The notes under the pieces are model-generated. The model was not told where the DNA came from and made no database searches. It saw nothing but the letters and a program-made list of their open reading frames with translations. This document shows, piece by piece, positions 27,644 through 37,508 of a DNA stretch of 64,000 bases; within the stretch, counting starts at the first letter, position 1; every line of letters begins with the position of its first letter. The stretch comes from a virus (lineage: Duplodnaviria > Heunggongvirae > Uroviricota > Caudoviricetes). The stretch lies in IMG/VR virus record IMGVR_UViG_3300029983_000009, positions 64,001 to 128,000 of that record, one strand, 5' to 3'. Made by a program: the position numbers and the translations under genes.

Positions 27644-27947
27644 TGAATTTTTTTATATCTGTTTTAAATGTATTATCTTTCATATATTCTTCAACATCAT
27701 CATCAATTACTATATATTCTCTATTTTTTAAGCACAATCTATCATCCACATACTTTCCTTTTTGATCTAAATACACTCCAACATCACCATTACAATAACC
27801 AAATGGATGTGTCAAAGTGCCAGTTAAGTATTCACCTTCATCTTTAAATTTGATTTTAGTGCCTACTGGATATTTAGATTTACCTGCTAATAACATTTCT
27901 CCATTAAATGTAGTAAAATGATGCTCATCGAATTTTTGAATTTTCAT
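27636..27947 (-). CDS. cassette protein, SH3-like
   Basis: MKIQKFDE...YPVGTKI...KKFNL. Confidence 0.85.
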   Translation of the reverse strand: MKIQKFDEHHFTTFNGEMLLAGKSKYPVGTKIKFKDEGEYLTGTLTHPFGYCNGDVGVYLDQKGKYVDDRLCLKNREYIVIDDDVEEYMKDNTFKTDIKKFNL

Positions 27948-27949
27948 AA

Positions 27950-28330
27950 TTATAAATTAAATTTTTCTATGTTTTTTTTCATTAAATACTCTTCATATTT
28001 TTCTGAATATTTTTTTCTTATTTTTTCTATTACTTTATCTCCATATAAATGTTCCTCTATCAATTGAATAAAATCTGTTTTACTATCATCTTTTACATAC
28101 CAATCAGGATTATATTTTAATAATAGATATAAAATACTCCAATATCCTTTATACGAAGCATATAATAATGCATTATTTTTTTCTCCAACTACTGTACTAT
28201 TAATATCAAATCCAGAATCTAATAATCTTTTAACTTTAGAATACTGATTATTATATACAGCATCAATTAATTCATTTTCAATAGTATAATATTTTTTCTT
28301 TTTATATTCAAAAGTTTTTATGTATTTCAT
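27950..28330 (-). CDS. cassette protein, ankyrin repeats
   Basis: Start corrected to MKYIKTFE at 28330; GFDINS, NALLYAS; EKFNL. Confidence 0.85.
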   Translation of the reverse strand: MKYIKTFEYKKKKYYTIENELIDAVYNNQYSKVKRLLDSGFDINSTVVGEKNNALLYASYKGYWSILYLLLKYNPDWYVKDDSKTDFIQLIEEHLYGDKVIEKIRKKYSEKYEEYLMKKNIEKFNL

Positions 28331-28331
28331 A

Positions 28332-28778
28332 TTATAAGTTGAATTTTTTAGACATCGAAACATCAGGCATATTTATTTCTTGCCATTTTTTGTATTCATA
28401 CAAATTATTATAGGGTAATTTATTTCCAGTGCATACTAATAGTGTTAGTGACTCTGGAAGAATTGGTAACTCAGTTAAATTATTATCACAACAATTCAAA
28501 ATTTCTAATGAATAAGGTAATACTGGCAATTCAGATAAATTATTTGAATAACAAAATATTTTTTTTATTGTATATGGTAAAGTAGGTAGTTCACGCAAAT
28601 CATTACCAAAACATGACAATATTTCTAATGAACTTGGTAATTTTGGTAACCTGACCAAGTGATTATGATAACAATATAATTCTTTTGCTGTATCTGGTAA
28701 CTCTGGTAGTAAGCTAAGTCCTTTATCATTATACTTTAGTACTTCTACTATACTTTCAAACCGTTTTAAGTATTTCAT
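28332..28778 (-). CDS. cassette protein, short bacterial-type leucine-rich repeats
   Basis: LP.LP..L..L.C..N.L repeated about five times; KKFNL. Confidence 0.9.
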   Translation of the reverse strand: MKYLKRFESIVEVLKYNDKGLSLLPELPDTAKELYCYHNHLVRLPKLPSSLEILSCFGNDLRELPTLPYTIKKIFCYSNNLSELPVLPYSLEILNCCDNNLTELPILPESLTLLVCTGNKLPYNNLYEYKKWQEINMPDVSMSKKFNL

Positions 28779-29248
28779 AAGTTAAATTTATTTGTCATTT
28801 TAAACAATTCGAAATTTGTATCATTTATTTTATTTATTATTTCAGGTAATTTATCTAATGGAATCCAATATCTATTATCATTCTTTACCGATATATCTTC
28901 ACATGAACTATTGCGTATAATATCAGATAAAAAATTTTGAATATTTTCCATGAAATTCATTTTTGGATGATAACAATAAAGAATTGCATTTCTACTAAGA
29001 TTATAATGTAACTCTACAACTTCTGCTGCGTCATCTAAATCATGTGGATCAACAAAAATACTTATTATATCGTAATACTTTTTATTATTAATTCCATATA
29101 TATTTGAATAAACATCCCAATCATTATCTATAGCTTTTTCTATAGTTTTAGTTAATATTTCACTAAAATTAATAACCTCAATAGGTAATTTTTTTCTTTT
29201 TTTAAATATGTCAGTAAAATTATTTTCAAATGATTTTATATATTTCAT
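28775..29248 (-). CDS. cassette protein, unknown payload
   Basis: MKYIKSFE...NKFNL. Confidence 0.85.
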   Translation of the reverse strand: MKYIKSFENNFTDIFKKRKKLPIEVINFSEILTKTIEKAIDNDWDVYSNIYGINNKKYYDIISIFVDPHDLDDAAEVVELHYNLSRNAILYCYHPKMNFMENIQNFLSDIIRNSSCEDISVKNDNRYWIPLDKLPEIINKINDTNFELFKMTNKFNL

Positions 29249-29646
29249 AAGTTAAATTTATTTACATTTTTTAGTGAAGGCAGGCAATCTAATAATTCTT
29301 GTAAATCATCCGAATCTTTCATTATATAACTAAGACTAGTTTCTGATAAATTATAATACATTCCTTGTTTTTTATTATTTTTTAATTTATCTGTATTTAA
29401 ATTATATGTATATAATTTCTTTGTTACTATAAAAAGATTTGTGTGATCATAGCAAGCTTCTATTCTATCTTTTTCTAATATGAAATATATACCAGATTCA
29501 ATAAATTTCTTCACATCATGAAATAATATATATTTCTTCATGACCTTATATGCTTTTTTTATATCGTTATCAGCCTTTTTTTGAATATTTCTAACATCTC
29601 TTATATAATCGTCTCTTTCACTTTCAAATTTCTTTATGTATTTCAT
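29245..29646 (-). CDS. cassette protein, unknown payload
   Basis: MKYIKKFE...NKFNL. Confidence 0.85.
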   Translation of the reverse strand: MKYIKKFESERDDYIRDVRNIQKKADNDIKKAYKVMKKYILFHDVKKFIESGIYFILEKDRIEACYDHTNLFIVTKKLYTYNLNTDKLKNNKKQGMYYNLSETSLSYIMKDSDDLQELLDCLPSLKNVNKFNL

Positions 29647-30023
29647 ATGTTAAATTTTTTTGAAGAACGTGTCACAGGATTAAGAATATCTAAATCTTCA
29701 TCTACATTTTTTTGTTGATTGTCATATATTTTTATCAATTCTTTCCATAATTTATTAGAAAACTCATGATTTGATATAGGATGTCCAGTTATAATTCCTT
29801 TATATTCACCTGATATTATTCTCTGTGATTTATTATATTTACCAACAGAGTAAATGCCTATATGTGAAAAAGAATATATATAATCATCTATTTCTATTGT
29901 ATATCCTCCGTTATGTGAAATTTTAATATTTTCTTCTTTTACAATATCAAAAATTCTTGAAACTATTGAATCTCCTTCTTTTGATTTATTAAACCAAGTA
30001 TTCATTTCTTTTATATATTTCAT
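29643..30023 (-). CDS. cassette protein, unknown payload
   Basis: MKYIKE...KKFNI. Confidence 0.85.
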   Translation of the reverse strand: MKYIKEMNTWFNKSKEGDSIVSRIFDIVKEENIKISHNGGYTIEIDDYIYSFSHIGIYSVGKYNKSQRIISGEYKGIITGHPISNHEFSNKLWKELIKIYDNQQKNVDEDLDILNPVTRSSKKFNI

Positions 30024-30586
30024 ATGTTAAATTTATTTGCATTTTTAATCATTAAAAAATTACTATATTTATCAGGATATTTTTCTATGATTTCTTTTTT
30101 ATACAAAGGATATAAATATTCAATAAATGTATTACCTAAATCATCAGATACATTCCAATCAGCGTCATTTTCAATCAGCATTTTAATTATTTTAAATGCC
30201 TTTTTATCTTTATAGTTAGAACACATAATTAATACTGTTTCACCATCATTATTTCTGATATCTAAATCAGCGCCTGATTCAATTAAATATTGTGTCATTT
30301 CTTCTTTTTTATTTCTTCCAGCTAGTATTAGTGGTGTATTTCCAAATGTATCAGTATAATTAATATCTGCTCCTGATTCAATTAAAAATTTAAATATTGT
30401 AAATAAACTAAATCTTATAGAATATATCAAAGGAGTATCGCCATTTTTATCTTTAATATTAAGATTAATATTAGGTATCTCAGATACTAATTCTTTTATT
30501 TTTGGTAAATCTGAGTGATAAAGATATCTAAATATGTCTTTTTCATCATAAAAATTTATCAATTCAAATTGTTTTAAATATTTCAT
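30020..30586 (-). CDS. cassette protein, ankyrin repeats
   Basis: NGDTPLIYS, GADINYTDTFGNTPLILA, GADLDIRN; NKFNI. Confidence 0.9.
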   Translation of the reverse strand: MKYLKQFELINFYDEKDIFRYLYHSDLPKIKELVSEIPNINLNIKDKNGDTPLIYSIRFSLFTIFKFLIESGADINYTDTFGNTPLILAGRNKKEEMTQYLIESGADLDIRNNDGETVLIMCSNYKDKKAFKIIKMLIENDADWNVSDDLGNTFIEYLYPLYKKEIIEKYPDKYSNFLMIKNANKFNI

Positions 30587-30906
30587 AAATTAAATTTTTT
30601 TGTTGATAATTTTAGTTCTAAATCTTCAATTGTTCTAGCATAATCTACTACATCATCAGTACTCAATTGTATATGATATACATAATATTTACCTTGCTTA
30701 TTAAAAAATTCTACAAGTTCATCTGGTATGTATTGAAATCCAAATTTAAACCATATTGGACTATATCCATTTGTTTCAATAATTTTACAAAAATTATTTC
30801 TAAAAAAACTATTTAATTCTGAATTAAGTGTTTGAAAATTTAACTTAGCATAATCTCCTTTTTTTATATCTCTATTTGTTTTTTCAAATTTTTTTATATA
30901 TTTCAT
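30583..30906 (-). CDS. cassette protein, GDYV/SH3-like
   Basis: MKYIKKFE...KGDYA...KKFNL. Confidence 0.85.
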   Translation of the reverse strand: MKYIKKFEKTNRDIKKGDYAKLNFQTLNSELNSFFRNNFCKIIETNGYSPIWFKFGFQYIPDELVEFFNKQGKYYVYHIQLSTDDVVDYARTIEDLELKLSTKKFNL

Positions 30907-31337
30907 AAATTAAATTTATTTGCATTTTTATTTAAATTAAGTTCTTTTACTATTTCTGGATATTTTTTATCAAACCATTTTTTTAATTTTTCATCAATCA
31001 TAAAATCATAAAATGTTTTACCTTCAAACTTAAAATTATAATCAATTCCGTTATCTAACAATAATTCAATCATCTTCTTTTGTTCATATAAATCAACATC
31101 TTCTATTATAACCTTAATTAATATATTTTGTCCATCATAAATATCATTTATTTTATCTAGATATTTTGGTAATAAATATTCAAATCTTTTAAGATTTCCA
31201 ATATGTACAGATTGAAAAAGTTTACTAAATCTATGATCATTTTCCAATTCGTTTTCTAAATATTCATCCCACATATTCACATCAGAAGATTTAAATATGT
31301 TAGTAAATCTATTTTCAAATTTTTTGATATATTTCAT
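30903..31337 (-). CDS. cassette protein, degenerate ankyrin-like
   Basis: LLDNGIDYN..GKTFYDF..KYP; NKFNL. Confidence 0.8.
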   Translation of the reverse strand: MKYIKKFENRFTNIFKSSDVNMWDEYLENELENDHRFSKLFQSVHIGNLKRFEYLLPKYLDKINDIYDGQNILIKVIIEDVDLYEQKKMIELLLDNGIDYNFKFEGKTFYDFMIDEKLKKWFDKKYPEIVKELNLNKNANKFNL

Positions 31338-31678
31338 ATGTTATATTTTAATGCATCTTTTTTTCTATTAAAAACTTCTATCTCACTTGAGTTTAGTTTT
31401 CTTATTATTTCATCTGATTGAACTCCATATGAATTATTTATTTCTTTATTATAATTATAAAATATGACATTATATAGAAATTGACCATTATTCAATTCAA
31501 CTGTAATTTCATTTATTAATGCATATTTATCAAATGGCGTAGGATCACCATTTTCATCTACATCTACGTCACCACTCTCATTATTATTATATCTAATTTT
31601 ATCTAAATCTAATAAAACATAATCACCTTTCTTATAATCACTATTTGATAAATCTTCAAAGCATTTCAAGTATTTCAT
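31334..31678 (-). CDS. cassette protein, GDYV/SH3-like (array head)
   Basis: MKYLKCFE...KGDYVL...LKYNI; paralog of 60854. Confidence 0.85.
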   Translation of the reverse strand: MKYLKCFEDLSNSDYKKGDYVLLDLDKIRYNNNESGDVDVDENGDPTPFDKYALINEITVELNNGQFLYNVIFYNYNKEINNSYGVQSDEIIRKLNSSEIEVFNRKKDALKYNI

Positions 31679-31784
31679 ATGACTATATATATTAAATTGA
31701 TTTTCTAAAAATTAATACTATATTAGGCTACATCATTTTAAATAACTATCTTTGTATTCTTATAATTTTAAAATATTATATATT

Positions 31785-32126
31785 ATGAATGTAACAGATG
31801 TAATGTTAAACTCTATTGCTTTATTTGATAAAGAAGAAAAAGTCAATTCAGAATATTATCATAATGGTAGTGAAACTGGACCAATATTGGAATATGATGT
31901 GATATATGATAATATTATTGAAGCAACATATGGATGGAATGATTATGAAGAAGGTGAGACTACACAAATAAAAATTATTTTTACATCAGATGATATAAAA
32001 ATAGAAAAAAATATCTCTGGCTCAAGTGTTATGTGTGATTTTCCTTATGATGAGAATTCCATTTTAGTTTTTTTAACTGAGTTAGATTTTATGAATTGGC
32101 TAATTTCAGAAATATCAGAATCATGA
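31785..32126 (+). CDS. hypothetical protein
   Basis: ATG 31785 after TATCTTTG at 31747-31754. Confidence 0.75.
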   Translation: MNVTDVMLNSIALFDKEEKVNSEYYHNGSETGPILEYDVIYDNIIEATYGWNDYEEGETTQIKIIFTSDDIKIEKNISGSSVMCDFPYDENSILVFLTELDFMNWLISEISES

Positions 32127-32416
32127 TTTATGACGTAATATACAAAAAAAGAGAAGTTTTAATAGATAAAGCTGATTCTATCACAGAACAATATTTAGAA
32201 TTAGCTACAGAATTATTAGATAAATATAGTAATTTTGGTAATTATTCAGTTATTACTCATACTGATATTTACGATGATGGTATAACATTTGAATATTGGA
32301 TTGATTGTTGTGATTATACTCAAGGTAAAGGTAGTATTTTAGTAAGTAAAGAAAAACTTGATAAAAATATTGAAAATTTTTTGAGAAAGAAAAAATTAAA
32401 ATTATTAAAAAAATAA
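32123..32416 (+). CDS. hypothetical protein, RKxKL tail
   Basis: ATGA overlap at 32123; ends LRKKKLKLLKK. Confidence 0.75.
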   Translation: MIYDVIYKKREVLIDKADSITEQYLELATELLDKYSNFGNYSVITHTDIYDDGITFEYWIDCCDYTQGKGSILVSKEKLDKNIENFLRKKKLKLLKK

Positions 32417-32417
32417 A

Positions 32418-32753
32418 ATGAAAAAGCCAGACAAAAATGAATATTATAAACTTTTCAGTCATGTCATAGTAGGCTATACAGGGAAAGGTTCAACATTATG
32501 TAATAACTGCAAAGTAAATAATCAAGAATTTTCAGTTTTTCTTGGAGATGATACTAGAATGAGTACATTGTGGAGCTATTGTTGTGGTGAATGCTTACAA
32601 TCTGTTGTTAAAGATGCAAATGAGAAAGGACAGCAGAACGTAGAAACTTATTATAATCGTGATTGTAAAAGATATTATGATGAGTGTGTTCAATATGTTA
32701 GAAAAACAAAATTAGATAATTTAGGTAATATAATAGAAGATGATAGCATTTGA
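32418..32753 (+). CDS. hypothetical zinc-binding protein, RKxKL tail
   Basis: CNNC, CCGEC; VRKTKLDNL. Confidence 0.75.
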   Translation: MKKPDKNEYYKLFSHVIVGYTGKGSTLCNNCKVNNQEFSVFLGDDTRMSTLWSYCCGECLQSVVKDANEKGQQNVETYYNRDCKRYYDECVQYVRKTKLDNLGNIIEDDSI

Positions 32754-33204
32754 AAATTTTTTGATTGAAAAAGGTTATAAGAAATTTCTGATGAATTGTA
32801 AGACAATGAAATATGAGGCAACAGATAAAGATGTTATATCAACTATGGTTAATATTTTTCATATTTATGTTCATGAAAATGATAAAGAATTTTTATCTAA
32901 AATAAATGATGGTATTTCAGTTATGAATGATGAAATATTTACTGATAAAATAAGATCAAGAGAGATAGTTGTCGGATTACATGAATATAAAAAACCGGAA
33001 ACTCTTATTTATCCACGTCCTAAAATTGAAGTTAAAAAAATTGGAAAAAATAAATTAGGAGAAGATATTATAGTAAAAGATAATGAATTATCTGATGATA
33101 GTATGAATATTTGCCTAATGAATTTTTCACATGAGGAAATATTTAATGCTATGTATAATAAAAAAATCAAATTAAAAATTGATTTAACAAAAGAAAAAAA
33201 TTAA
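32740..33204 (+). CDS. hypothetical protein
   Basis: 154-aa ORF. Confidence 0.75.
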   Translation: MIAFENFLIEKGYKKFLMNCKTMKYEATDKDVISTMVNIFHIYVHENDKEFLSKINDGISVMNDEIFTDKIRSREIVVGLHEYKKPETLIYPRPKIEVKKIGKNKLGEDIIVKDNELSDDSMNICLMNFSHEEIFNAMYNKKIKLKIDLTKEKN

Positions 33205-33209
33205 ATATA

Positions 33210-33241
33210 TTTGGTATAATGAATAATTATTTGTACTTTTG
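33210..33241 (+). promoter_or_regulatory. Bacteroidota-type promoter
   Basis: TTTG (33210)-N20-TACTTTTG (33234). Confidence 0.75.
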
Positions 33242-33274
33242 TAGTACAAATTAATCATTAAAATTTATAAAGAT

Positions 33275-33661
33275 ATGAGAATCTTCAATAATGAAAATTT
33301 AAAACAAATTGATGCGATTGAATTTTTACGTAAAGAATTAACTGATAAGGTAGAATATCTTAATGTATCAAATGCTTGCATGGGAAATGATACTATTATA
33401 TTGACTATATCATTTGATAAAAATGAAAATTGGCATTATGGATATCTTCAAAATTCCAATTATTTAAGATTTAATATTGAACAATCTGGTGAAGTCGAAG
33501 TATTTGAATGCTCTTTACATCAAAAAGATTCATCAAACAGAGAAAGATTAAATTCTAAATTTCGTAAATGTAATGTAAAATCAATGAATAAAGTAGTTGA
33601 AAAAATTCTTATTTTTGTTGAAAAGGTAAATTCTGAATTAAATATATGTGAAATTAATTAA
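33275..33661 (+). CDS. hypothetical protein
   Basis: 128-aa ORF. Confidence 0.75.
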   Translation: MRIFNNENLKQIDAIEFLRKELTDKVEYLNVSNACMGNDTIILTISFDKNENWHYGYLQNSNYLRFNIEQSGEVEVFECSLHQKDSSNRERLNSKFRKCNVKSMNKVVEKILIFVEKVNSELNICEIN

Positions 33662-33926
33662 TATTATTATGGCAATAGAAATTCATAAAATAGTTACAAA
33701 TAGTGGATATTTATCTTCATTTTACGATAATTTAAACTTTTTAAATGAAGAAGAAAGAAAAGAATTTAACCTTATTGGCTATACAGGTAAAAATTCAAAA
33801 GGTAGTGAATCAAATTTTCATAAATACTTAAATTCTTTGAATAAAGGAGAATTTGAAGTTGAAAAAACTAAACATGATAACGGAGATTTTTCTGAGAAAT
33901 ATACAATTGTTAGAGTAACTAAATAA
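33648..33926 (+). CDS. hypothetical protein
   Basis: 92-aa ORF; start uncertain. Confidence 0.65.
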   Translation: MKLINIIMAIEIHKIVTNSGYLSSFYDNLNFLNEEERKEFNLIGYTGKNSKGSESNFHKYLNSLNKGEFEVEKTKHDNGDFSEKYTIVRVTK

Positions 33927-33929
33927 TAA

Positions 33930-34160
33930 TTGAAAATAATGGAAAATAATTCAAACAAAAATGTATCAGAAACGTATAGTTCTGATTATTATTCTCTAAT
34001 TGATAGACTAAAACGTCATTCAGAATGGAAATATCCAGATAGACTATGGAATTTAGCATTCTACAATGAAGTGTCATTTATGTGGAAAGATAAAAAAGAA
34101 GCTCTTGAAGAAAGAATTTTAAAATTAGAAGATGATATGAAATCAGAAGGTGCATTATAA
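33930..34160 (+). CDS. hypothetical protein
   Basis: 76-aa ORF before terminator. Confidence 0.65.
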   Translation: MKIMENNSNKNVSETYSSDYYSLIDRLKRHSEWKYPDRLWNLAFYNEVSFMWKDKKEALEERILKLEDDMKSEGAL

Positions 34161-34191
34161 CAAAAAGAGAGATTTTTAATCTCTCTTTTTG
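34161..34191. terminator. bidirectional intrinsic terminator
   Basis: CAAAAAGAGAGATT-ttt-AATCTCTCTTTTTG. Confidence 0.85.
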
Positions 34192-35045
34192 TTTTTTATT
34201 AATTCTATCCAATCTTCTAATTTATGTTCTGGTATCCATTTTAATTCACTTTCAGTATCATTCTCAAATTCTTCTGATGTATATCTCTCACCTTTTCTTT
34301 TAGATACAAATTTAAATTCTCCAAACATTTTAGCGACATCAATAATGTTAGTATTTATTCCAGACCTTAAATACCATTCATGATTCATATTTGTAAATGA
34401 TGATAATACTACTCCTCTAACAATGTCCTCAATGTGTGTAAAGTCTCTGCTCTGAGTACCTGGTTCAACAACTGTACATTTGCTACCTTCTATATATTGA
34501 TGCTCAAATATACCTATTACAGTAGCATAATCACCTGTCATTATTTGACATTCACCATACACGTTAAAAAAATAGCAAATTTCATATTGTAAATTATACC
34601 AATTATTATAATTTTTGATAAGTTCAACAATCTTTGATTTCATCCATGAATATGGAGCTAAATTTTCATTTTCTCCATTATTTCCAAATTTTGATGATGA
34701 AGCAGAATATATTAATTTTGCATTCCATTCTCTACATAATTCCATTATTATTGGAGTGCCATATAAAATTGTTTTTTCTACATATTTAATATCATCAAAT
34801 GATTTTACAATTCTTGAATATTCTCCAAAATGAAATACTGTATCAAATTTTTTATCTTTAAATATTTCAGGTGCATTCCATGTATTACCTTCGTAATATA
34901 TGACTTCATCTACATGGTTTTCTTTTTTTCCTGTGAAGTAATTATCTAATGATGATATTTCTATGTCTTTATAATTTTTCTTTAAATATTTAATAAGATT
35001 AGTTCCTACAAATCCAGCACCTCCTGTTATTAATACTTTATGCAT
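34176..35045 (-). CDS. NAD-dependent nucleotide-sugar epimerase/dehydratase (extended SDR)
   Basis: TGGAGFVG, YSASSS, YxxxK (YSWMK), FNVYG, RDFTHIEDI. Confidence 0.92.
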   Translation of the reverse strand: MHKVLITGGAGFVGTNLIKYLKKNYKDIEISSLDNYFTGKKENHVDEVIYYEGNTWNAPEIFKDKKFDTVFHFGEYSRIVKSFDDIKYVEKTILYGTPIIMELCREWNAKLIYSASSSKFGNNGENENLAPYSWMKSKIVELIKNYNNWYNLQYEICYFFNVYGECQIMTGDYATVIGIFEHQYIEGSKCTVVEPGTQSRDFTHIEDIVRGVVLSSFTNMNHEWYLRSGINTNIIDVAKMFGEFKFVSKRKGERYTSEEFENDTESELKWIPEHKLEDWIELIKNKKRD

Positions 35046-35200
35046 TTTTTATTTTTATATATTATTATTTAATTATACAAAAACAAAAAAGATAATACAT
35101 AAGTATTATCTTTTTCTAAATATGCCTGATTTTACAGGACCTCTTGAGTTTAATTGTTTATCCTTTTTTGGGTATCAAGCGTGCTATTTTGCACTACATA

Positions 35201-35953
35201 TTATATCTTAAATGTTTCAATGTATTTAATAGCATCATCTTCAGTCCATTCACCTGATTTTATTTTTTCATCAGTTACTTTCTTTATATCTCCAACCATT
35301 CTACCAGTAGTTATTCCTAACATTTTCATTATTATAATTCCTGTTATTGGAGAACGCCATTTAGATTCATTGTCTTTGTTACGAACTTCTAATATTCTTT
35401 TTTTTATTTCATCTAATCCTGAAACAATACGTTGTCTTTTATCTTCATATTTAGTGGTTATGTCACACTTACAGAACTCAATCAACTCTAATACTATATC
35501 AGGTCCAACTTCCACGTCAAGCCTTCTTATAGCTGATTCTGTTACATCTCTGTGCATTTTTACTCTACCATGATATTTAACCATTCTGTAAACATAATCA
35601 ATAGTTTTCTTATTGGTTATATTAAATCTTTTCAAGATTTTTTTAACCATTTTTGCTCCTACATTTTCATGATCATGAAATGTCCAATTTCCATCATCAT
35701 TTTTAGATCTAACAGAAATCTTTCCAATATCATGTAATAATGCAACAATTTTCATTTTTAAGTTATCATTGTCATATTTAATTACATTATTAAGTACTCC
35801 TAATGTGTGGTAATAATTATTTTTATGACCATCATTAGTTGTGTATAAGTTATATAATTCTGGTAAAATTATAGCTAAATCACCATCATCATATAACATG
35901 TTAATAGTGTCTACTAATGCTTTTGACTGCAATAAACTTAATGCATTTTTCAT
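35201..35953 (-). CDS. stand-alone HD-domain protein resembling the C-terminal half of CCA-adding enzymes
   Basis: ILPEL, HKNNYYHTL, LLHDIGK, WTFHDHE.VGAKM, TESAIRRL, CDITTK, ITG..IM..LG. Confidence 0.85.
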   Translation of the reverse strand: MKNALSLLQSKALVDTINMLYDDGDLAIILPELYNLYTTNDGHKNNYYHTLGVLNNVIKYDNDNLKMKIVALLHDIGKISVRSKNDDGNWTFHDHENVGAKMVKKILKRFNITNKKTIDYVYRMVKYHGRVKMHRDVTESAIRRLDVEVGPDIVLELIEFCKCDITTKYEDKRQRIVSGLDEIKKRILEVRNKDNESKWRSPITGIIIMKMLGITTGRMVGDIKKVTDEKIKSGEWTEDDAIKYIETFKI

Positions 35954-35962
35954 AATATTAAA

Positions 35963-36763
35963 TTAAATTAAATTATAATCACTAAAAACATTTTTGAAAA
36001 TTTCATAATTATTACCTACTGAGTTATTGTCATTGATAATCGCAAATATTACTTTTTCAAAATATTTAGAATATCCTTCATTTACTAATAATTTCTTGAA
36101 TATTTTAGCCATTTTTTCAGGATCATTTTTGAAAACTCCACATCCGAATGAGCCTAAAATTATAATATCAACATCATTTTTAATTGCAAGTGATAACATC
36201 AATCTTATTTTTTCCTTAGTAAGTTGTTCATAATCCCAATTTGATATTGTTATTCCATCAGAATTTATTGATGATATATTTTCACTTGTTATTGTATCAG
36301 AATGACTATTAATATCAACATTTCTAAGATTTAATGCTGCAATAGTTACAACATCAGATTGAACGTCATTCATATAATTATAATATACATCCTTGAAAAA
36401 TGTGGCATCTTTAGTGTATAATGCGTTATCATCATTCAATGGATAATTATCAGTATTAATTAAATGAATCAAATTTGAGCATCTAAATAAGCATTCTTCC
36501 TGTGCTTTGGACCCTTTTGCAACTCCTCCACCTGGACGTTTAAATGATGCCATATTAAGAACACAAGTTTTTCCTAATTTACTATATTCTGTAACTGCAG
36601 ATACACTATCAGAATTTATAACTTGTATGTTTTCATGACAAGGAATGCTAATATCTGGCATTAATCTATCATCAAATGAATGTATAGTAGTTTCTGATTT
36701 CAACATACATTCACTGTGTAATTTTGTGTCTTCAAACACTTGTATTAATTCTTCTTTATTCAT
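35963..36763 (-). CDS. microbial PARG-like macrodomain protein (TIGR02452/DUF2263-type)
   Basis: LNMAS..RPGGG...G..AQEE.LFR.S, ILGSFGCGVFKNDP. Confidence 0.9.
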   Translation of the reverse strand: MNKEELIQVFEDTKLHSECMLKSETTIHSFDDRLMPDISIPCHENIQVINSDSVSAVTEYSKLGKTCVLNMASFKRPGGGVAKGSKAQEECLFRCSNLIHLINTDNYPLNDDNALYTKDATFFKDVYYNYMNDVQSDVVTIAALNLRNVDINSHSDTITSENISSINSDGITISNWDYEQLTKEKIRLMLSLAIKNDVDIIILGSFGCGVFKNDPEKMAKIFKKLLVNEGYSKYFEKVIFAIINDNNSVGNNYEIFKNVFSDYNLI

Positions 36764-36774
36764 TTTATATTTTT

Positions 36775-37005
36775 TTATTCATCATAAAACATATCAATAT
36801 CATTTTCCCAAATTCTAAGAAAATATTCAGGACAATCATTCGCCTTTCCTTTTATAGGATAATACCATATATTATATTGTTCATAAAACCATGGATTATC
36901 TGAAATTGTCATATCATAATCAAGAATAGATAAAAATTTATCATCTTCTAAAATTCGATATACATATATACATTTATCACCTTTTTTAAATTTAGGATCA
37001 TTCAT
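36775..37005 (-). CDS. hypothetical protein, SH3-like
   Basis: PKFKKGDK motif. Confidence 0.7.
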   Translation of the reverse strand: MNDPKFKKGDKCIYVYRILEDDKFLSILDYDMTISDNPWFYEQYNIWYYPIKGKANDCPEYFLRIWENDIDMFYDE

Positions 37006-37249
37006 CGTATTTTTTTACTATTCTAAATTGATGAAAATTTTCAATACCTTCATATTTAATAAGATCGCTAAGAAAACTTTCAGTTACTTTTACGTTTATA
37101 AGTTCATTTCCAAATCTTTTACTGTTAGAAACATAAGCAACTGTATCGCCTACATGGATATTATATGGAAATATAATATCATTTATTTTTTCATATTCTC
37201 TAATTGATTCTTTTGCTTCAATATATTCCTCTTCATTATTAATTTTCAT
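36998..37249 (-). CDS. hypothetical protein
   Basis: 83-aa ORF. Confidence 0.7.
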   Translation of the reverse strand: MKINNEEEYIEAKESIREYEKINDIIFPYNIHVGDTVAYVSNSKRFGNELINVKVTESFLSDLIKYEGIENFHQFRIVKKYDE

Positions 37250-37508
37250 AATGATTATTATTTTTTATATTCTGTATTTTTTTGTTTAATGTTTCTTTTT
37301 GCTGATTACTTATTTGTTCTTGAATATCTTTAAATTCATTAATCTGTTCATTTGTGAAATAATGCATATTCACAGTATGAGTATATTTGTCGTTTTTATA
37401 ACATTTATATTCATAATATTGTTCATCAGGAACATCAGTTACCACTTGAGTATACACTGGTTTAAATTCTCTGATAATATTTTTTATTACTTTTTTAATT
37501 ATATTCAT
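37239..37508 (-). CDS. hypothetical protein
   Basis: 89-aa ORF. Confidence 0.7.
   Translation of the reverse strand: MNIIKKVIKNIIREFKPVYTQVVTDVPDEQYYEYKCYKNDKYTHTVNMHYFTNEQINEFKDIQEQISNQQKETLNKKIQNIKNNNHYEN

Larger units (their letters stand above)
27636..31678 (-). repeat. cassette array 4: 10 genes
   Basis: Conserved junctions; ATGA overlaps or 1-2 nt gaps. Confidence 0.9.
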
